This document shows, in pieces, positions 1-9,429 of a DNA stretch of 64,000 bases. The stretch lies in the NCBI GenBank assembly GCA_963765675.1, contig CAVXXK010000001.1, forward strand, positions 1,984,001 to 2,048,000, in the 5' to 3' direction. The notes under the pieces are model-generated. The model made no database searches and had not been told where the DNA came from. It saw nothing but the letters and a program-made list of their open reading frames with translations. The translations under genes and the position numbers were made by a program. This DNA comes from an uncultured delta proteobacterium (lineage in GTDB: Bacteria > Desulfobacterota > Binatia > Binatales > Binataceae). Each line of letters begins with the position of its first letter. Positions within the stretch are counted from its first letter, which is position 1.

Positions 1-142
1 AGCGCGTGCAGTCGGCGGCGTTAGCTTCTCGCGAATCGACGCAGACGATCGCGGCGCCCTCGGCCGCGAGACCCTCGGCGATGCCGCCGCCAATATTGAT
101 GCTGGTGCCGGTGACCAGCGCGACTTTTCCGTCCAATCTCAT
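1..142 (-). CDS. SDR family oxidoreductase (N-terminal part, runs off window)
   Basis: Manual translation from ATG at 142: MRLDGKVALVTGTSINIGGGIAEGLAAEGAAIVCVD, a Rossmann TGxxxxIG start; not in the ORF track. Confidence 0.85.
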   Translation of the reverse strand, partial: MRLDGKVALVTGTSINIGGGIAEGLAAEGAAIVCVDSREANAADCTR

Positions 143-172
143 TCCGGTTCTCCGAAGCTCATACCATCGCGC

Positions 173-1213
173 TCAATTTGGCGGCGCAATCAGGAAGCAC
201 TTCGATGAGTTGAAGATCCAGGTCTCGATGAACTCCATCTCCTTCGGCTTGCGATGAAGCTCCGAAAGAGCGCCAGTCAGGCACATCCAGTTCAGAATCT
301 CCTGCTGGCCGCTCGCCTCGACCGAAGCGGCCGGATAATTGCGCCAGGTATCGAAATCGCTCGTGCGCAGGGCCTCGTACAGCATCCGGTCGGCAGGTGT
401 GTCGGGATACAGAAAGTGGTTTTTTGCGGTCAGGAAGGCATGCGACCATCCCGACGAAGCCATCAGCACGACTCGCCACGGACTCTTCGCGAGGATTCGG
501 GCGGTTGCGGCGCCGAGATCGAACAATCGCCGGGGAGTGGGCGCCGGAGGATCCAATTGAGCTTCCGACGGCGGATGATCGAACATCGGAAGACCGCCGC
601 GTTGCGCAATCACTCTGCGTCCGTAGCAGTTGATCGCGAATGGAACTATTGGATAGTCGAATCCTTTGCGATCATAGTCGAGATACATTATCGCATTCGC
701 GAACGCATGGCCCAATGGATTATGCAGTGGCCTATACGAATATGCGGTGTCGAAGCCTTCATCGATAAGCCCGCTCGCCAAAAATTTAGCCGCAGCGACG
801 TTGCCGGGCACGTTGAATCGCTTTTCAGCCGACTCTTTCCACACATTGTTGGCAGGTGCCGCAAACGCAAATGACTCGTGCGCATAGATGCAATAGGGCG
901 GAATCACATCTTCACGGAAGTTCTCGTACTGATCGTCGCCCCAAATGACAATCAGATCAGGACGGAACGCGTCGATCTGCGCGCGCGCCTTGCGCAGCGC
1001 TTGAAGCATCTGCGCGCGATGCGCCCGTGCCGCTGCGGTTCCTTCGTCGGTGCCCCATTCAGCGCGCATCGCCTCCGGCCATCCTTCGGCGCGCCGGTAT
1101 CGCTCGGGCAGGTGAGGGTTCTGGAGCATCCGCTTCAGAATCCACGACATCGTTTCGTCGCTTCCGGCCAGAGGTGGATAGTGGGTTATTCCGATTGCGA
1201 GAATATCACCCAT
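173..1213 (-). CDS. Extradiol ring-cleavage dioxygenase, LigB superfamily (DesZ-like)
   Basis: Motifs GITHYPP, WGDDQYENF, GHAF, SSGWSH, GQQEILNW. Confidence 0.8.
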   Translation of the reverse strand: MGDILAIGITHYPPLAGSDETMSWILKRMLQNPHLPERYRRAEGWPEAMRAEWGTDEGTAAARAHRAQMLQALRKARAQIDAFRPDLIVIWGDDQYENFREDVIPPYCIYAHESFAFAAPANNVWKESAEKRFNVPGNVAAAKFLASGLIDEGFDTAYSYRPLHNPLGHAFANAIMYLDYDRKGFDYPIVPFAINCYGRRVIAQRGGLPMFDHPPSEAQLDPPAPTPRRLFDLGAATARILAKSPWRVVLMASSGWSHAFLTAKNHFLYPDTPADRMLYEALRTSDFDTWRNYPAASVEASGQQEILNWMCLTGALSELHRKPKEMEFIETWIFNSSKCFLIAPPN

Positions 1214-1255
1214 AGGCGCGTACTCCTGACCGTGCGGCGATGGTCGCGTAAATAG

Positions 1256-2467
1256 TCATTTCGAAATACCACTGGCAGCACGAGTCCGGTCGTCATGCAG
1301 AACCCGTTTGTCATAAAGCTCCTGGACTCTGCTCTGTGAGTATCCGAGTATATTGGACAATACCTCGATATTGTCGCCGCCCAGAGCTGGAACGTGATTG
1401 CGCGCCCGGGCGGCGCTGTTCGTGAACTTGAACGCGGGGTTGGGCACCTTCAGTTCTCCGGCGCCATCGTCGATTCTGGTAAAGCTGCCGCGTGCTTCGA
1501 CGTGTGGTTGATTGAGCGCTTCGCGGACGCTGAAGTAGCGCGAGCAGGGAACACTCGCCTTGGTGAGAATCGCTTCGCATTCCTCGGTCGTTCGCGTGGA
1601 GGCCCACTCGTCGAGCATCGCCATAAACAGGTTCCAATGACGAGCGCGGCCCTTGATCGTCCCGAAGCGCGGATCGTCCATCCATTCGGGATGTCCCACG
1701 GCCGTGGCAAGCGCGGCGAAGTTGTTCGGCTTGACCGCCGCGATCATCACGAATCCGTCCTTCGCGCGGGTCGGCTGAAAAGTGTTGGCGCGCCGTGGTT
1801 GAGGAAACTGCGCTTCCTGGAATTCATAGATGAGCATGCCAAGCACGCCGTCCATCATTGATAGATCAATGTAGTCGCCGCGGCCAGTGCGCTCACGCGC
1901 GAGCAGCGCGGACTGGATCGCGCCGAACGCTTGCGTGCCGCCAAGGACGTCGCCGACATAGATGCCGGTGTTGAGAGGACGTTCGAGGCCATTTTGATAG
2001 GAGAGGTTGACCAGGTCGAAGCCGCTCGCGGCATGGAGCATAGGCGCGTACGCGCTGCGCGTCGCCCACGGTCCATGCTGGCCGAACCCGGAAATCGAAC
2101 AGTAGACCATTCGCGGATTCAGCTTTGCGATTTCCTCGTAATCGAGGCGCAGCCGACGCATCACACCGGGCCGAGAATTCTCGACGATCACGTCGGCAGT
2201 GGCTGCGAGCTCGTGCACGATCACGATCGCCTCGGGCTGGTGGAGATCGATCGAGAGACTCTTCTTGCCACAATTCAGGTGGGCAAAATACGCACTCTTG
2301 CCGTCGCGCAGCGGAGGCTGCACGCGAATGAAATCGCCTTCAGGCGGTTCGAGCTTGATCACCTCCGCGCCAAGGTCGGCGAGCAGGCGGGTGCAATAGG
2401 GTCCCGACACGATGGTCGTGAAATCGAGCACTCGCACGCCGCCGAGGATCTCGTTAAGCATCGGCAA
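1256..2467 (-). CDS. Class III CoA-transferase (CaiB/BaiF)
   Basis: VRVLDFT, LADLGAEVIKLEPP, ENSRPG, catalytic Asp in YVGDVLGG. Confidence 0.92.
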   Translation of the reverse strand: MPMLNEILGGVRVLDFTTIVSGPYCTRLLADLGAEVIKLEPPEGDFIRVQPPLRDGKSAYFAHLNCGKKSLSIDLHQPEAIVIVHELAATADVIVENSRPGVMRRLRLDYEEIAKLNPRMVYCSISGFGQHGPWATRSAYAPMLHAASGFDLVNLSYQNGLERPLNTGIYVGDVLGGTQAFGAIQSALLARERTGRGDYIDLSMMDGVLGMLIYEFQEAQFPQPRRANTFQPTRAKDGFVMIAAVKPNNFAALATAVGHPEWMDDPRFGTIKGRARHWNLFMAMLDEWASTRTTEECEAILTKASVPCSRYFSVREALNQPHVEARGSFTRIDDGAGELKVPNPAFKFTNSAARARNHVPALGGDNIEVLSNILGYSQSRVQELYDKRVLHDDRTRAASGISK

Positions 2468-3296
2468 CCTCGGCGCGGCCTTGTTCTTTTTTCAGCGATA
2501 GATAGTGGCGATTGAGCCGCTCCAGATGCTGTTTCATTTCGGTCACGGCCGCATCGCAATCGCCCGCCGCGAAGTGCTTCATGAATCGTCGGCGCGAGGG
2601 CAGCACCCACGGATTACGGGTTTGTCCGATTGCCTGAATGAAATGCTGCATCACGTCAATCAGCGCTTCCATCACGATCACCATGACCGGATTCTTGGTT
2701 GCGCGCGCGATGATGCGATGAAAATCAAGATGGATCGCGGCCTGCGCATAGAAATCGGTCTTTGCGCGAGCGGCACTCTCCGCCGCGGCGACGTTTGCTT
2801 TCAGCGCATCGATGTCTTCCGCGTTGGCTCGCTCGCACGCCGCGCGCACGGCGATTGATTCGATCAGCACGCGCGCCTCGGTCAGATGCTCAGGCGCGAT
2901 CGCGCCCAGGTGGAACATGTCGCGAAGGCCGGTGACGATCGCGTCGCCGGTACTCTCGCGCACAAAGGCGCCTCCAGCCGCGCCCTTCTGCAGCCGCAAC
3001 AGGCCGGCGTTTTCGAGCGAACGCAGCGCCTCGCGCAGCGTGTTTCGCGAGACTCCGAATTGCTCCGCCAACGTCCGTTCGGGCGGAAGCCGATCGCCGG
3101 CGCGCAGGCGGCGATCCGCCAGTTCCCTGCGAATCTGATCAGCGATCTCTTCGAACGCGCGCGGAGTGCGGATGCGCCGGAACTCGATACTGTGTGAGCC
3201 GCGCGTGGTTCTGCGAACCGCCCCGCGTGGAGGCTGCAAGGCAAGCGCGCCGCGCTTGACAATCGAGTTTTGTCTATGCTCCATTGGTTGAACCAT
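2454..3296 (-). CDS. FadR/GntR family transcriptional regulator (start uncertain)
   Basis: GDRLPPERTLAEQFGVSRNTLREALRSLE wHTH plus FCD domain (LDFHRIIARATKNP). Confidence 0.9.
   Translation of the reverse strand: MVQPMEHRQNSIVKRGALALQPPRGAVRRTTRGSHSIEFRRIRTPRAFEEIADQIRRELADRRLRAGDRLPPERTLAEQFGVSRNTLREALRSLENAGLLRLQKGAAGGAFVRESTGDAIVTGLRDMFHLGAIAPEHLTEARVLIESIAVRAACERANAEDIDALKANVAAAESAARAKTDFYAQAAIHLDFHRIIARATKNPVMVIVMEALIDVMQHFIQAIGQTRNPWVLPSRRRFMKHFAAGDCDAAVTEMKQHLERLNRHYLSLKKEQGRAEVADA
3285..3295. promoter_or_regulatory. Probable FadR-subfamily operator TGGT-N3-ACCA between divergent promoters
   Basis: TGGTTGAACCA palindrome; TTGACA on + at 3256-3261 and on - at 3329-3324; lies between fadR-like and ACAD genes. 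Confidence 0.6.
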
Positions 3297-3400
3297 TGCG
3301 ATCCTGACCCGGCGCCGTTAAAATGTCAAGCGCCGCGCGTGGCGGCCGCGGACGGAAAGGTCCCGCCAGCCGAGAAATCATCCGGCGGAGGAATTTCAAT

Positions 3401-4489
3401 TTGATCTCCTTTCAACTAACCGAAGAGCAGAAGCTCGCGCAATCGATGGTCCGGGAGCTGGCGGGAGCCTCGCTCCGGCCGGCCGCGCGCGACGCCGACG
3501 AACACGCGGAGATCCCGGCTTCCGTCCTGAAAGAGATCTGGGCGACCGGGATCGTTCAGTCCCAGGCCGACGCCGGCGCCGATGGAGGATCGCGATCCGC
3601 GATTCTGAACGCGCTGCTGCTAGAAGAGCTCGCGGTGGCCGACGCCGCATTCGCGATAGCCGCCGCGGCGCCACTGGGGTTTGCAAGCGCTATCGCTGCT
3701 CACGGTTCAGCCGAGCAGAAGAAGAGTCTGCTGTCGTTGTTTGCGGGCGACAAATATCAGTGCGCTGGTGTGGCGATCATGGAGCCCGATTTTCTGTTCG
3801 ACGTTTCCGCGGTGCGCACCTACGCGGCCAGGACGCCCAACGGATATCGTTTGTCCGGCGTCAAGACGATGGTTCCGCTTGCGGATCGGTGCAGCCATTT
3901 TCTGGTCCTTGCCAACTGCGACGGGGCGCCTGACGCCTTCATTGTCGATCGGCAGACAAAAGGGGTCGTGGTTGGGGGTGAGAGGCCCAGTCTCGGCTTG
4001 CGCGCGTTGCAGATGGCTGATGTGAGTTTCACAAATGTGGAACTGGGATCGGGCGGGCGGCTCGGCGGATCGGCACGATGCGACGTGCAGGAAATCGTCG
4101 ACTCCGCGCGCACAGCGCTGGCCGCGATCATGGCGGGGATAAGCCGCGCGGTGTTCGAGTTCGTGATGCCCTATACGAAAGAGAGGGTGGTGCATGGCGA
4201 TGCTTTGGCGAAGAAACAGGTGATCGCATTTCGGCTAGCCGACATGCGAATCGAGAACGACGCGATGCGCTGGATGGCGTGGAAAGCCGCGGCGATTCTC
4301 GAACGCGGGGGCAACGCCACCCGTCAGGCGCAACTTGCATACACCTATGCCGCCGAACAGGCGATGTGGATCGCCGATGAAGGAGTGCAAATGCTCGGTG
4401 GTCACGGCTACTTGCGCGATAATCCAGTCGAGATGTGGTATCGCGACGCCCGCACGTCGTCGGTGATGGAAGGCGCAGTGGGCGTATAG
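3401..4489 (+). CDS. Acyl-CoA dehydrogenase (FadE24-like subunit)
   Basis: ISFQLTEEQ start after GGAGG; QVIAFRLADM, GVQMLGGHGY; truncated C-terminus EMWYRDARTSSVMEGAVGV. Confidence 0.88.
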   Translation: MISFQLTEEQKLAQSMVRELAGASLRPAARDADEHAEIPASVLKEIWATGIVQSQADAGADGGSRSAILNALLLEELAVADAAFAIAAAAPLGFASAIAAHGSAEQKKSLLSLFAGDKYQCAGVAIMEPDFLFDVSAVRTYAARTPNGYRLSGVKTMVPLADRCSHFLVLANCDGAPDAFIVDRQTKGVVVGGERPSLGLRALQMADVSFTNVELGSGGRLGGSARCDVQEIVDSARTALAAIMAGISRAVFEFVMPYTKERVVHGDALAKKQVIAFRLADMRIENDAMRWMAWKAAAILERGGNATRQAQLAYTYAAEQAMWIADEGVQMLGGHGYLRDNPVEMWYRDARTSSVMEGAVGV

Positions 4490-4518
4490 CGCCAACAGAA
4501 GCGTTGGAGGATCGGGCG

Positions 4519-5661
4519 ATGATAGATTTTGAGCTGACCGCCGCGGACCAGGAAGTGCTCGCGCTTGCTCATCGGCAGGCGGAGATCGGACGGGTCCACG
4601 CTAATTACTATGACAAGCACGAAGACCAGCTTCCGCCAGCTGAGTTTCCAGAAGCTGCGGGACAGAAAAATCCGATCGATCTGGCCGAGGAGATGGCCGC
4701 AGAGACCAGCGGCTCGAGGATTTTGCATTCGCTGGTCATGTCGGAGATCTACTCGGGCGGCATGGCGCTGCACCGCAGCAAATGGGGACTCGGAAACACC
4801 GTCCTCAAGAACGTTGCGACTCCCGAACAGTTTGAGAAGTGGAAGAATCACACAATCGCGATCGCGATAACGGAGCCGGGCGCGGGCTCGGATCCGGCGA
4901 ACATTCGAACCACGGCGACGTTCGATCGCGAAACCGGGGAGTGGGTAATCAACGGAGAGAAGATTTTCATCTCGCAAGCCGAGTCGAGCGACGCCGCAAT
5001 GGTCTTTTCGCGCTTCGTCGGACCGGACGGGAGCCGGGGGATGACGACGTTCCTGGTCGAGAAGGGAGCGCCAGGTTATTCCGTTGGCCCGCAGCTCAAG
5101 AAACTCGGTATCCGCTCCCACGATACGTGCAACCTGCTGTTCGAGGATTGCCGCATTCCCGAATTCAACCACATCAAGGGCGATTTCAAATCCACGATGA
5201 CGGTGTTCAACGACTCGCGTCCGATGGTCGGCGCGATGGCTTTGGGCGTCGCCCGCGCGGCACTGGATTTCACCCGCGAAAAGCTGGAACAGAACGGAGT
5301 AAAGATTAGCTATGACAGAGGCGTGCGGAACCGCGCTGCAGTAGTCGATCGCTTCATCCGCCTCGAGGCCGCTTACGAGGCGGCTATGCTCACGGTCCTG
5401 CGCGCCAAATGGCTCGAGCAGCAGGATGTTCCGCCGAAAGTCGAAGCCTCGATCGCAAAAGCAGCGGGAGGCAAGGCCGCGAGAAAGATTACGCAGGGCT
5501 GTATTGAGATACTCGGTCCCGAAGCTCTATCGGAAGACCATCCGCTCGAACGATGCTTCCGTGACGGGCGCATCTTCGATATCTACGAAGGGGCGGGCGA
5601 GATTCAGCGTCTCATCATCGCGCGCGCGATCCTCGAGTATACTTCGCGCGATATCAGGTGA
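4519..5661 (+). CDS. Acyl-CoA dehydrogenase (FadE23-like subunit)
   Basis: AITEPGAGSD, INGEKIFIS, DIYEGAGEIQRLIIAR; GGAGG SD before ATG 4519. Confidence 0.92.
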   Translation: MIDFELTAADQEVLALAHRQAEIGRVHANYYDKHEDQLPPAEFPEAAGQKNPIDLAEEMAAETSGSRILHSLVMSEIYSGGMALHRSKWGLGNTVLKNVATPEQFEKWKNHTIAIAITEPGAGSDPANIRTTATFDRETGEWVINGEKIFISQAESSDAAMVFSRFVGPDGSRGMTTFLVEKGAPGYSVGPQLKKLGIRSHDTCNLLFEDCRIPEFNHIKGDFKSTMTVFNDSRPMVGAMALGVARAALDFTREKLEQNGVKISYDRGVRNRAAVVDRFIRLEAAYEAAMLTVLRAKWLEQQDVPPKVEASIAKAAGGKAARKITQGCIEILGPEALSEDHPLERCFRDGRIFDIYEGAGEIQRLIIARAILEYTSRDIR

Positions 5662-5688
5662 TAGGCGCAGGCTCTTAACGAGGTCTAC

Positions 5689-6132
5689 GTGGATATTGAG
5701 CAAAAGCAGAAATTGGCGGCACTGCTGGGGCAGGAACACGTTGCAGTGATCATCACGCAAGGCGGTGAGTGGCCAACTGCGACTCTGCAAGCATTTGCGG
5801 AGACCGATGTCCCGGACCTGCTCTTTATCATGGCCGGTGAGGCGGATAAGTTTCAGAATCTGATCCGCAATCCCAACGTGACCGTGCTGGTCGACAATCG
5901 CGACGTTGGCAATGTCGCGACATTTCAGGTTGCTCGAGTCTCGATCCAGGGAATCGCGCAGGAGGTTGCAAGGGATGGCCCGGAATGGGAGCCGCTCAAG
6001 GCGATTTTCCTGAAGAAGAATCCCTTCGAAGCTCCGTTTTTCGGGAGCGAGAAGTTGCGGATGGTGCGAGTGAAGATCAGGCGCATCTCATATGCCGGCG
6101 CCGCACGGGACGTGTTCAAGGCGGAGTTGTGA
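5689..6132 (+). CDS. Pyridoxamine 5'-phosphate oxidase-like (split-barrel flavin-binding) protein
   Basis: KFQNLIRNPNVTVLVD and VSIQGIA motifs, 147 aa. Confidence 0.7.
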   Translation: MDIEQKQKLAALLGQEHVAVIITQGGEWPTATLQAFAETDVPDLLFIMAGEADKFQNLIRNPNVTVLVDNRDVGNVATFQVARVSIQGIAQEVARDGPEWEPLKAIFLKKNPFEAPFFGSEKLRMVRVKIRRISYAGAARDVFKAEL

Positions 6133-6137
6133 GCGCC

Positions 6138-7130
6138 TCATGCGATCGTGAGCATCGATGCTGTCCGGGCGCGTGCTTGATCATATTCTTCCCGCGTCTG
6201 ATCGATGAGTTCGGCGGCGCTCTGAATTCCCATGACACCGGAAATTGAATGGCCCGCGCTCCAGATATCACGATAGCGGCGGGGCCCCGGAAAATCACCC
6301 TTGCTGCTGAAGTTCCGCGCGGCTTCTTCGACTGATACGCGCGGCGGCAAAGTTGCGGGGTCAAGTCCCGCGGCAAGCATCGACGGCTTCAGCATATTCG
6401 TGTCGAGTCCCGTGAACGCCTGCGTGAGCATTACGTCATCCATATCGGAATCGACCAGCATCTGCTTGTACGCCGGCGCGGCCAGGCTCTCGTGCGTGGC
6501 GATGAACTTGGTTCCCATGTACGCGAGGTCGCAGCCCATCACCTCGGCAGCCCAAAGCAGGTTGCCGTCCGATATTCCACCGGCCAGAACGATCGGGCCG
6601 CTGAACATCTGACGTGTCGCGCGCACAAACGCGAGCGGATTGAGCCATCCGGTCTGGCCGCCAGCGCCCGCAGTCAGGAGGATCAATCCGTCCACGCCCG
6701 CGGCGATCGCCCGTTCGGCATGATGAAGCGTCGCGACGTCGCAGAAGACCTGGCATCCGGAATCGTGCAGCGGCCCAATAGCTTCGGCCGGCGAACCGAC
6801 GCTGGTGATCACTAGCTCGACCCGATGCCTGACCAGCGCCGCCAACTCTGAGCGCATCTCGGCGCGTTTGATGATCAGGTTCGCGCAGAATGGAGCGGAC
6901 GGGTGCTCGGGATTCTCGTCGGCCGCCCGAGCGAGAGCAGTTTCGATCTGCGAGAGCCACGTTTCCACGCCCTCGGGCGATCGAGCATTGGCAAGGGGAA
7001 ACGCACCGATCACTCCTGCCTTGCAGGCCGCTATCACGAGTTCCGGCCCCGATACTGCGAGCATCGGCGCCGCGATTAGCGGAAGCGTGAGTCGCTTGGC
7101 GATTTTCTCAGGGATGCGATTCGATAGCAT
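6138..7130 (-). CDS. Nitronate monooxygenase family flavoprotein
   Basis: PLIAAPM, GAGGQTG, LAGGISDG, YMGTKFIAT, DIWSAGH. Confidence 0.88.
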   Translation of the reverse strand: MLSNRIPEKIAKRLTLPLIAAPMLAVSGPELVIAACKAGVIGAFPLANARSPEGVETWLSQIETALARAADENPEHPSAPFCANLIIKRAEMRSELAALVRHRVELVITSVGSPAEAIGPLHDSGCQVFCDVATLHHAERAIAAGVDGLILLTAGAGGQTGWLNPLAFVRATRQMFSGPIVLAGGISDGNLLWAAEVMGCDLAYMGTKFIATHESLAAPAYKQMLVDSDMDDVMLTQAFTGLDTNMLKPSMLAAGLDPATLPPRVSVEEAARNFSSKGDFPGPRRYRDIWSAGHSISGVMGIQSAAELIDQTREEYDQARARTASMLTIA

Positions 7131-7133
7131 CGC

Positions 7134-8285
7134 TCAGGCGTCCTTCTGCAAAATGTGCACGACGCACACCGCGCCGACGCCGACCATGTGCGCGAGGCCG
7201 ATTTTTGCGCCGGGTTGCTGGCGCACTCCTGCTTCGCCCCGAAGCTGGCGCGTGATCTCCGCGATTTGCCCTGCGCCGGTCGGACCAATCGGATGCCCCA
7301 TCGCGATCAAGCCTCCGGACGCGCTGATTGCACACCTGCCTCCTATATCGGCGGCTCCGCTGCCGATCATCGCCGCGCCTTCGCCCTCGCCACACAGGCC
7401 CATCGCCTCGACATACAGCAACTCTTCGATCGTGAACGCATCGTGCAGCTCAACCAGGTCGAGATCTTTGGCGCCTACACCGGCTTCCGTGTACGCCTGC
7501 GCGACAGTCTCACGGGTTAATTCCGCATCATTATTTTTCGCGTCGCGATAAACGCGCTCGCTGCGAGAGACCGACGCTATCACCCGAACTGCGCGAGCTC
7601 GATTTATTTTCAGCTTCTCGATCGCGTCATCGGATGCGACGATTATCGCCGCGGCGCCTTCTCCGACCGGGCAGCATTGCAACCGCGTAAGCGTGCCGGA
7701 GATCGCGGGGCCGGCCATCACTTCTTCAAGGGTTACCGCGCGCTGCCGCTGCGCGAAAGGATTGTTGGCGCCGTTGCGATTATTCTTGACCGCAACCTGC
7801 GCGACCTGTTCAGCACTGACCCCGTAACGGTTCATATACTCGTTGGCCAGAAGGGCGAAGTGAGTAAACGGCACGACTCGCGCTCCGACCAGATCGCGAA
7901 TCCTGGTCTTGCTCGGCGCACTGTTCACCATCGCCGGTTTATCCACTCCGATAGCAAGCGCCACATCGCTGATGCCGCTCGCAACGTCAAGGCAGGCTTG
8001 ACGAAACGCGGTCGAGCCTGAGGCCGATGCGTTCTCGACCTGCGCCATCGCGATTCCGGTCGCGCCCAGATGACGAAGCATCGGGCGTGACGCCGCCATT
8101 CCGACCAGCGCGGTGCCTGTATATGCCGAATCAACTGCGGGCCATTCGATACCGGCGTCATCCAATGCCGCGCGTACGGCAGTGAGGCCGAGCGTGACGT
8201 AGGTCGTGTCGCTCAGATGCTGGTATTTGTGAAGTCCAATTCCAACCACACGGACGGGTCGCAATTCACGCAGGGTCTTTTTCAC
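7134..8285 (-). CDS. Thiolase-family (SCP-x/Ltp2-like) protein, catalytic Cys replaced by Ser
   Basis: VENASASGSTAF, VELHDAFT, GGLIAMGHPIGPTG. Confidence 0.88.
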   Translation of the reverse strand: MKKTLRELRPVRVVGIGLHKYQHLSDTTYVTLGLTAVRAALDDAGIEWPAVDSAYTGTALVGMAASRPMLRHLGATGIAMAQVENASASGSTAFRQACLDVASGISDVALAIGVDKPAMVNSAPSKTRIRDLVGARVVPFTHFALLANEYMNRYGVSAEQVAQVAVKNNRNGANNPFAQRQRAVTLEEVMAGPAISGTLTRLQCCPVGEGAAAIIVASDDAIEKLKINRARAVRVIASVSRSERVYRDAKNNDAELTRETVAQAYTEAGVGAKDLDLVELHDAFTIEELLYVEAMGLCGEGEGAAMIGSGAADIGGRCAISASGGLIAMGHPIGPTGAGQIAEITRQLRGEAGVRQQPGAKIGLAHMVGVGAVCVVHILQKDA

Positions 8286-8704
8286 TTGCCTAACTCCCCC
8301 GGAGTGAAGCGAAGCTCGTTCGCGCCGGCGCCTCCGTCGTCAGAGGACGCCTTAAAAATCGTAGCGTGCATCCGATCACCGATCTTGAGTCCGGCGTCCG
8401 TCTTCTGGGTCAGGATCGCGCGCACTGCCGGTCCGTCGTCGAGCAGGATTACGCCGACAGTGAATGGCGCTTCGATCCCTTTGCCGGGATGAAGATGAAC
8501 CGTCGCGAACGATCTCAATGTACCCTCGCCTTTCAGCGCGAGGGGATGGAGCTCGTCACCGGACGCTCCGCAGATCTCGCATCCGTAGGATTGCGGAGGA
8601 AAAAAAACATAGCCGCAGGCGCGGCAGCGTCCGCCGTTGAGTGTTGGAGTTTCACCGGGCGATGCGGTGTAGAGTTCGGATGACGAAGCGATAGTTTCGG
8701 GCAT
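8282..8704 (-). CDS. DUF35 Zn-ribbon/OB-fold protein
   Basis: CRAC...FFPPQSYGCEIC, GEGTLRSFATVH; 4-nt overlap with thiolase. Confidence 0.88.
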   Translation of the reverse strand: MPETIASSSELYTASPGETPTLNGGRCRACGYVFFPPQSYGCEICGASGDELHPLALKGEGTLRSFATVHLHPGKGIEAPFTVGVILLDDGPAVRAILTQKTDAGLKIGDRMHATIFKASSDDGGAGANELRFTPGELGK

Positions 8705-8749
8705 CGGGCGTCTCCAGCGGGCGTTGATTTGCGGACCATACGATATTTC

Positions 8750-8767
8750 TTGCTAATCAGTCAACAA
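8750..8767. promoter_or_regulatory. Possible TetR operator (imperfect inverted repeat)
   Basis: TTGCTAATCAGTCAACAA in the 65-bp divergent gap between DUF35 and tetR. Confidence 0.35.
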
Positions 8768-8769
8768 AT

Positions 8770-9429
8770 ATGTTACGGTCGCCCGAGATGAACGCCCAAC
8801 GCAATACGCAAGCGCCCATCCGGCGCACCCAGCGCGAGCGTCGGCAACTCTCGCACAGCAGGATGCTCGCGGCGGCGGCCAAACTGATCGCGCGCCAGGG
8901 CAGCAGCCGCACGACGCTCAGCCAGATCGGAGAGACCTCGGGCTACACGCACGGCCTCGTCAGTCATCGCTTTGGATCAAAGGGAAAGCTCATCGCGACG
9001 CTGGTCCGGCAGCTGCAACGCGATTTTGCCGAGTCGCTTGTGCCGGTGCTTGGTGAAAAGAGCGGGATCGAGGCGCTGAAGTTGGCGTGCGAGAGGTACT
9101 TGCGCGCGGCGACATCGGTCGAGCGGATGGCGATCTATGTCTTGATTGGAGAAGCGCTTGGCCCAGTTCCGGAAATCAAACCCGATCTTGCGGATGCCGA
9201 CGGATATTTCCGCGCCTCGATCCAGCATCGAATCGAGGAAGGAATCCGATCAGGTGAAATCAGGCGCGAGGTGGATTCGGCGGCGCAGGCTGCGATGCTG
9301 GTCGGCACGCTGCGCGGCCTGGTAATTCAGAATCTGCTTAAACCGGGTGCTTTCAATCTGGGCGCGGTCTGCCGCGAGCTGAACTGCAATCTCGAGCTGA
9401 CGTTGGCGCAGAAACGGAGGCGTGCCTGA
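8770..9429 (+). CDS. TetR/AcrR family regulator
   Basis: MLAAAAKLIARQG...TLSQIGETSGYTHGLVSHRFGSK HTH. Confidence 0.9.
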   Translation: MLRSPEMNAQRNTQAPIRRTQRERRQLSHSRMLAAAAKLIARQGSSRTTLSQIGETSGYTHGLVSHRFGSKGKLIATLVRQLQRDFAESLVPVLGEKSGIEALKLACERYLRAATSVERMAIYVLIGEALGPVPEIKPDLADADGYFRASIQHRIEEGIRSGEIRREVDSAAQAAMLVGTLRGLVIQNLLKPGAFNLGAVCRELNCNLELTLAQKRRRA

